DNA of 48,334 bases, taken from positions 1 to 48,334 of the forward strand of contig JBBQQK010000001.1 in NCBI GenBank assembly GCA_038216025.1, written 5' to 3'. Under the pieces are notes generated by a model. That model was given only the letters and a program-made list of their open reading frames with translations. It was not told where the DNA came from and searched no databases. Below are positions 48,051 through 48,334 of the stretch, piece after piece (the stretch's first letter is position 1; every line of letters begins with the position of its first letter). A program made the position numbers and the translations under genes. This stretch comes from Patescibacteria group bacterium. GTDB taxonomy: Bacteria > Patescibacteriota > UBA1384 > XYA2-FULL-43-10 > 1-14-0-10-43-13.

Positions 48051-48334
48051 CTATTTTCGTATTAGTTTTTTATGTTCTTTTTCGTAATCGCCGTATATCG
48101 TTAAGAGATTGTCGATTTCTTGATCATCGTAACCGGTGCGGTTTAATTCTTGTCGAAGTTTTTTAAAATTGGCTTGTTCTATTGGTCCGCGGCAACCCAA
48201 GCATGCTTCCCCTCCGTTTACACAAACACTATTGCAACCGCTTCTAGTGACAGGTCCAAGACAAGGGCGATTATTTTTTAAGTGGCATTGATTTTCGTTC
48301 AGTCGACATTCGAAACAAACAGCGGTATCAGGAA
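48051..48334 (-). CDS. 3' end of the [NiFe]-hydrogenase small (FeS) subunit; the 5' part lies beyond the right edge
   Basis: This ORF is not in the track. My translation of the reverse complement from 48332 gives PDTAVCFECRLNENQCHLKNNRPCLGPVTRSGCNSVCVNGGEACLGCRGPIEQ...KLIRK with a stop (TAG = cta at 48051-48053). The Cys spacing is typical of the small-subunit FeS-cluster region of group 3 enzymes. Confidence 0.75.
   Translation of the reverse strand, partial: PDTAVCFECRLNENQCHLKNNRPCLGPVTRSGCNSVCVNGGEACLGCRGPIEQANFKKLRQELNRTGYDDQEIDNLLTIYGDYEKEHKKLIRK

Overview
This is an AT-rich, very gene-dense 48.3-kb window. It reads like a core-genome segment of a small-genome bacterium resembling Patescibacteria/CPR. 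That assignment is inferred from gene content and protein architectures only; no search was possible.

About 50 ORFs are present, many with overlapping stop/start codons.
- **+ strand, 1-33 kb:** ftsA, a 596-aa unknown membrane protein, ruvX, mltG, mreBCD-PBP2, greA, lysS, serS, hpf, secA, ftsEX, a coiled-coil cysteine peptidase, ctpA, a 677-aa unknown membrane protein, lemA, htpX, ligA, a PHP phosphoesterase, gatC-gatA-ppiB-orf-gatB and htrA.
- **- strand, 33-35.4 kb:** prmC-prfA-rpmE.
- **+ strand, 35.7-44.5 kb:** rpsB-tsf-frr, rseP, proS, uvrC, yvcK-like, tpiA, gap and hypC.
- **- strand, 44.6-48.3 kb:** an operon with the 3' end of a [NiFe]-hydrogenase small subunit, an 89-aa membrane ORF, the hydrogenase large subunit, a DUF1653-like ORF and an ABC transporter.

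I found no tRNA, rRNA, CRISPR array, transposase or integrase. TGA is used repeatedly as a stop codon, so the standard bacterial code applies.

No obvious defence island or mobile element is present. The best leads are:
1. A large bitopic protein sits where ftsZ would normally follow ftsA, directly upstream of the elongasome genes. It may be expressed from a leaderless transcript.
2. An FtsEX-coupled coiled-coil protein carries a papain-like (C39-like) domain instead of the usual LytM/CHAP domain.
3. A small membrane protein with an RNxxAH (HEPN-like) motif is translationally coupled inside a split gatCAB cluster.
4. The ABC-2 permease gene is broken by a 1-nt frameshift in an A8 run that has the form of a slippery heptamer.
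5. The hydrogenase operon has unusual features: the large subunit ends exactly at the DPCxxCxxH histidine, an extra membrane ORF lies between the subunit genes, and hypC is an orphan.
6. Several housekeeping enzymes are minimised: ProRS lacks the INS editing domain and UvrC lacks the (HhH)2 domain.

All family calls rest on motifs recognised by eye and need HMM or structure confirmation.
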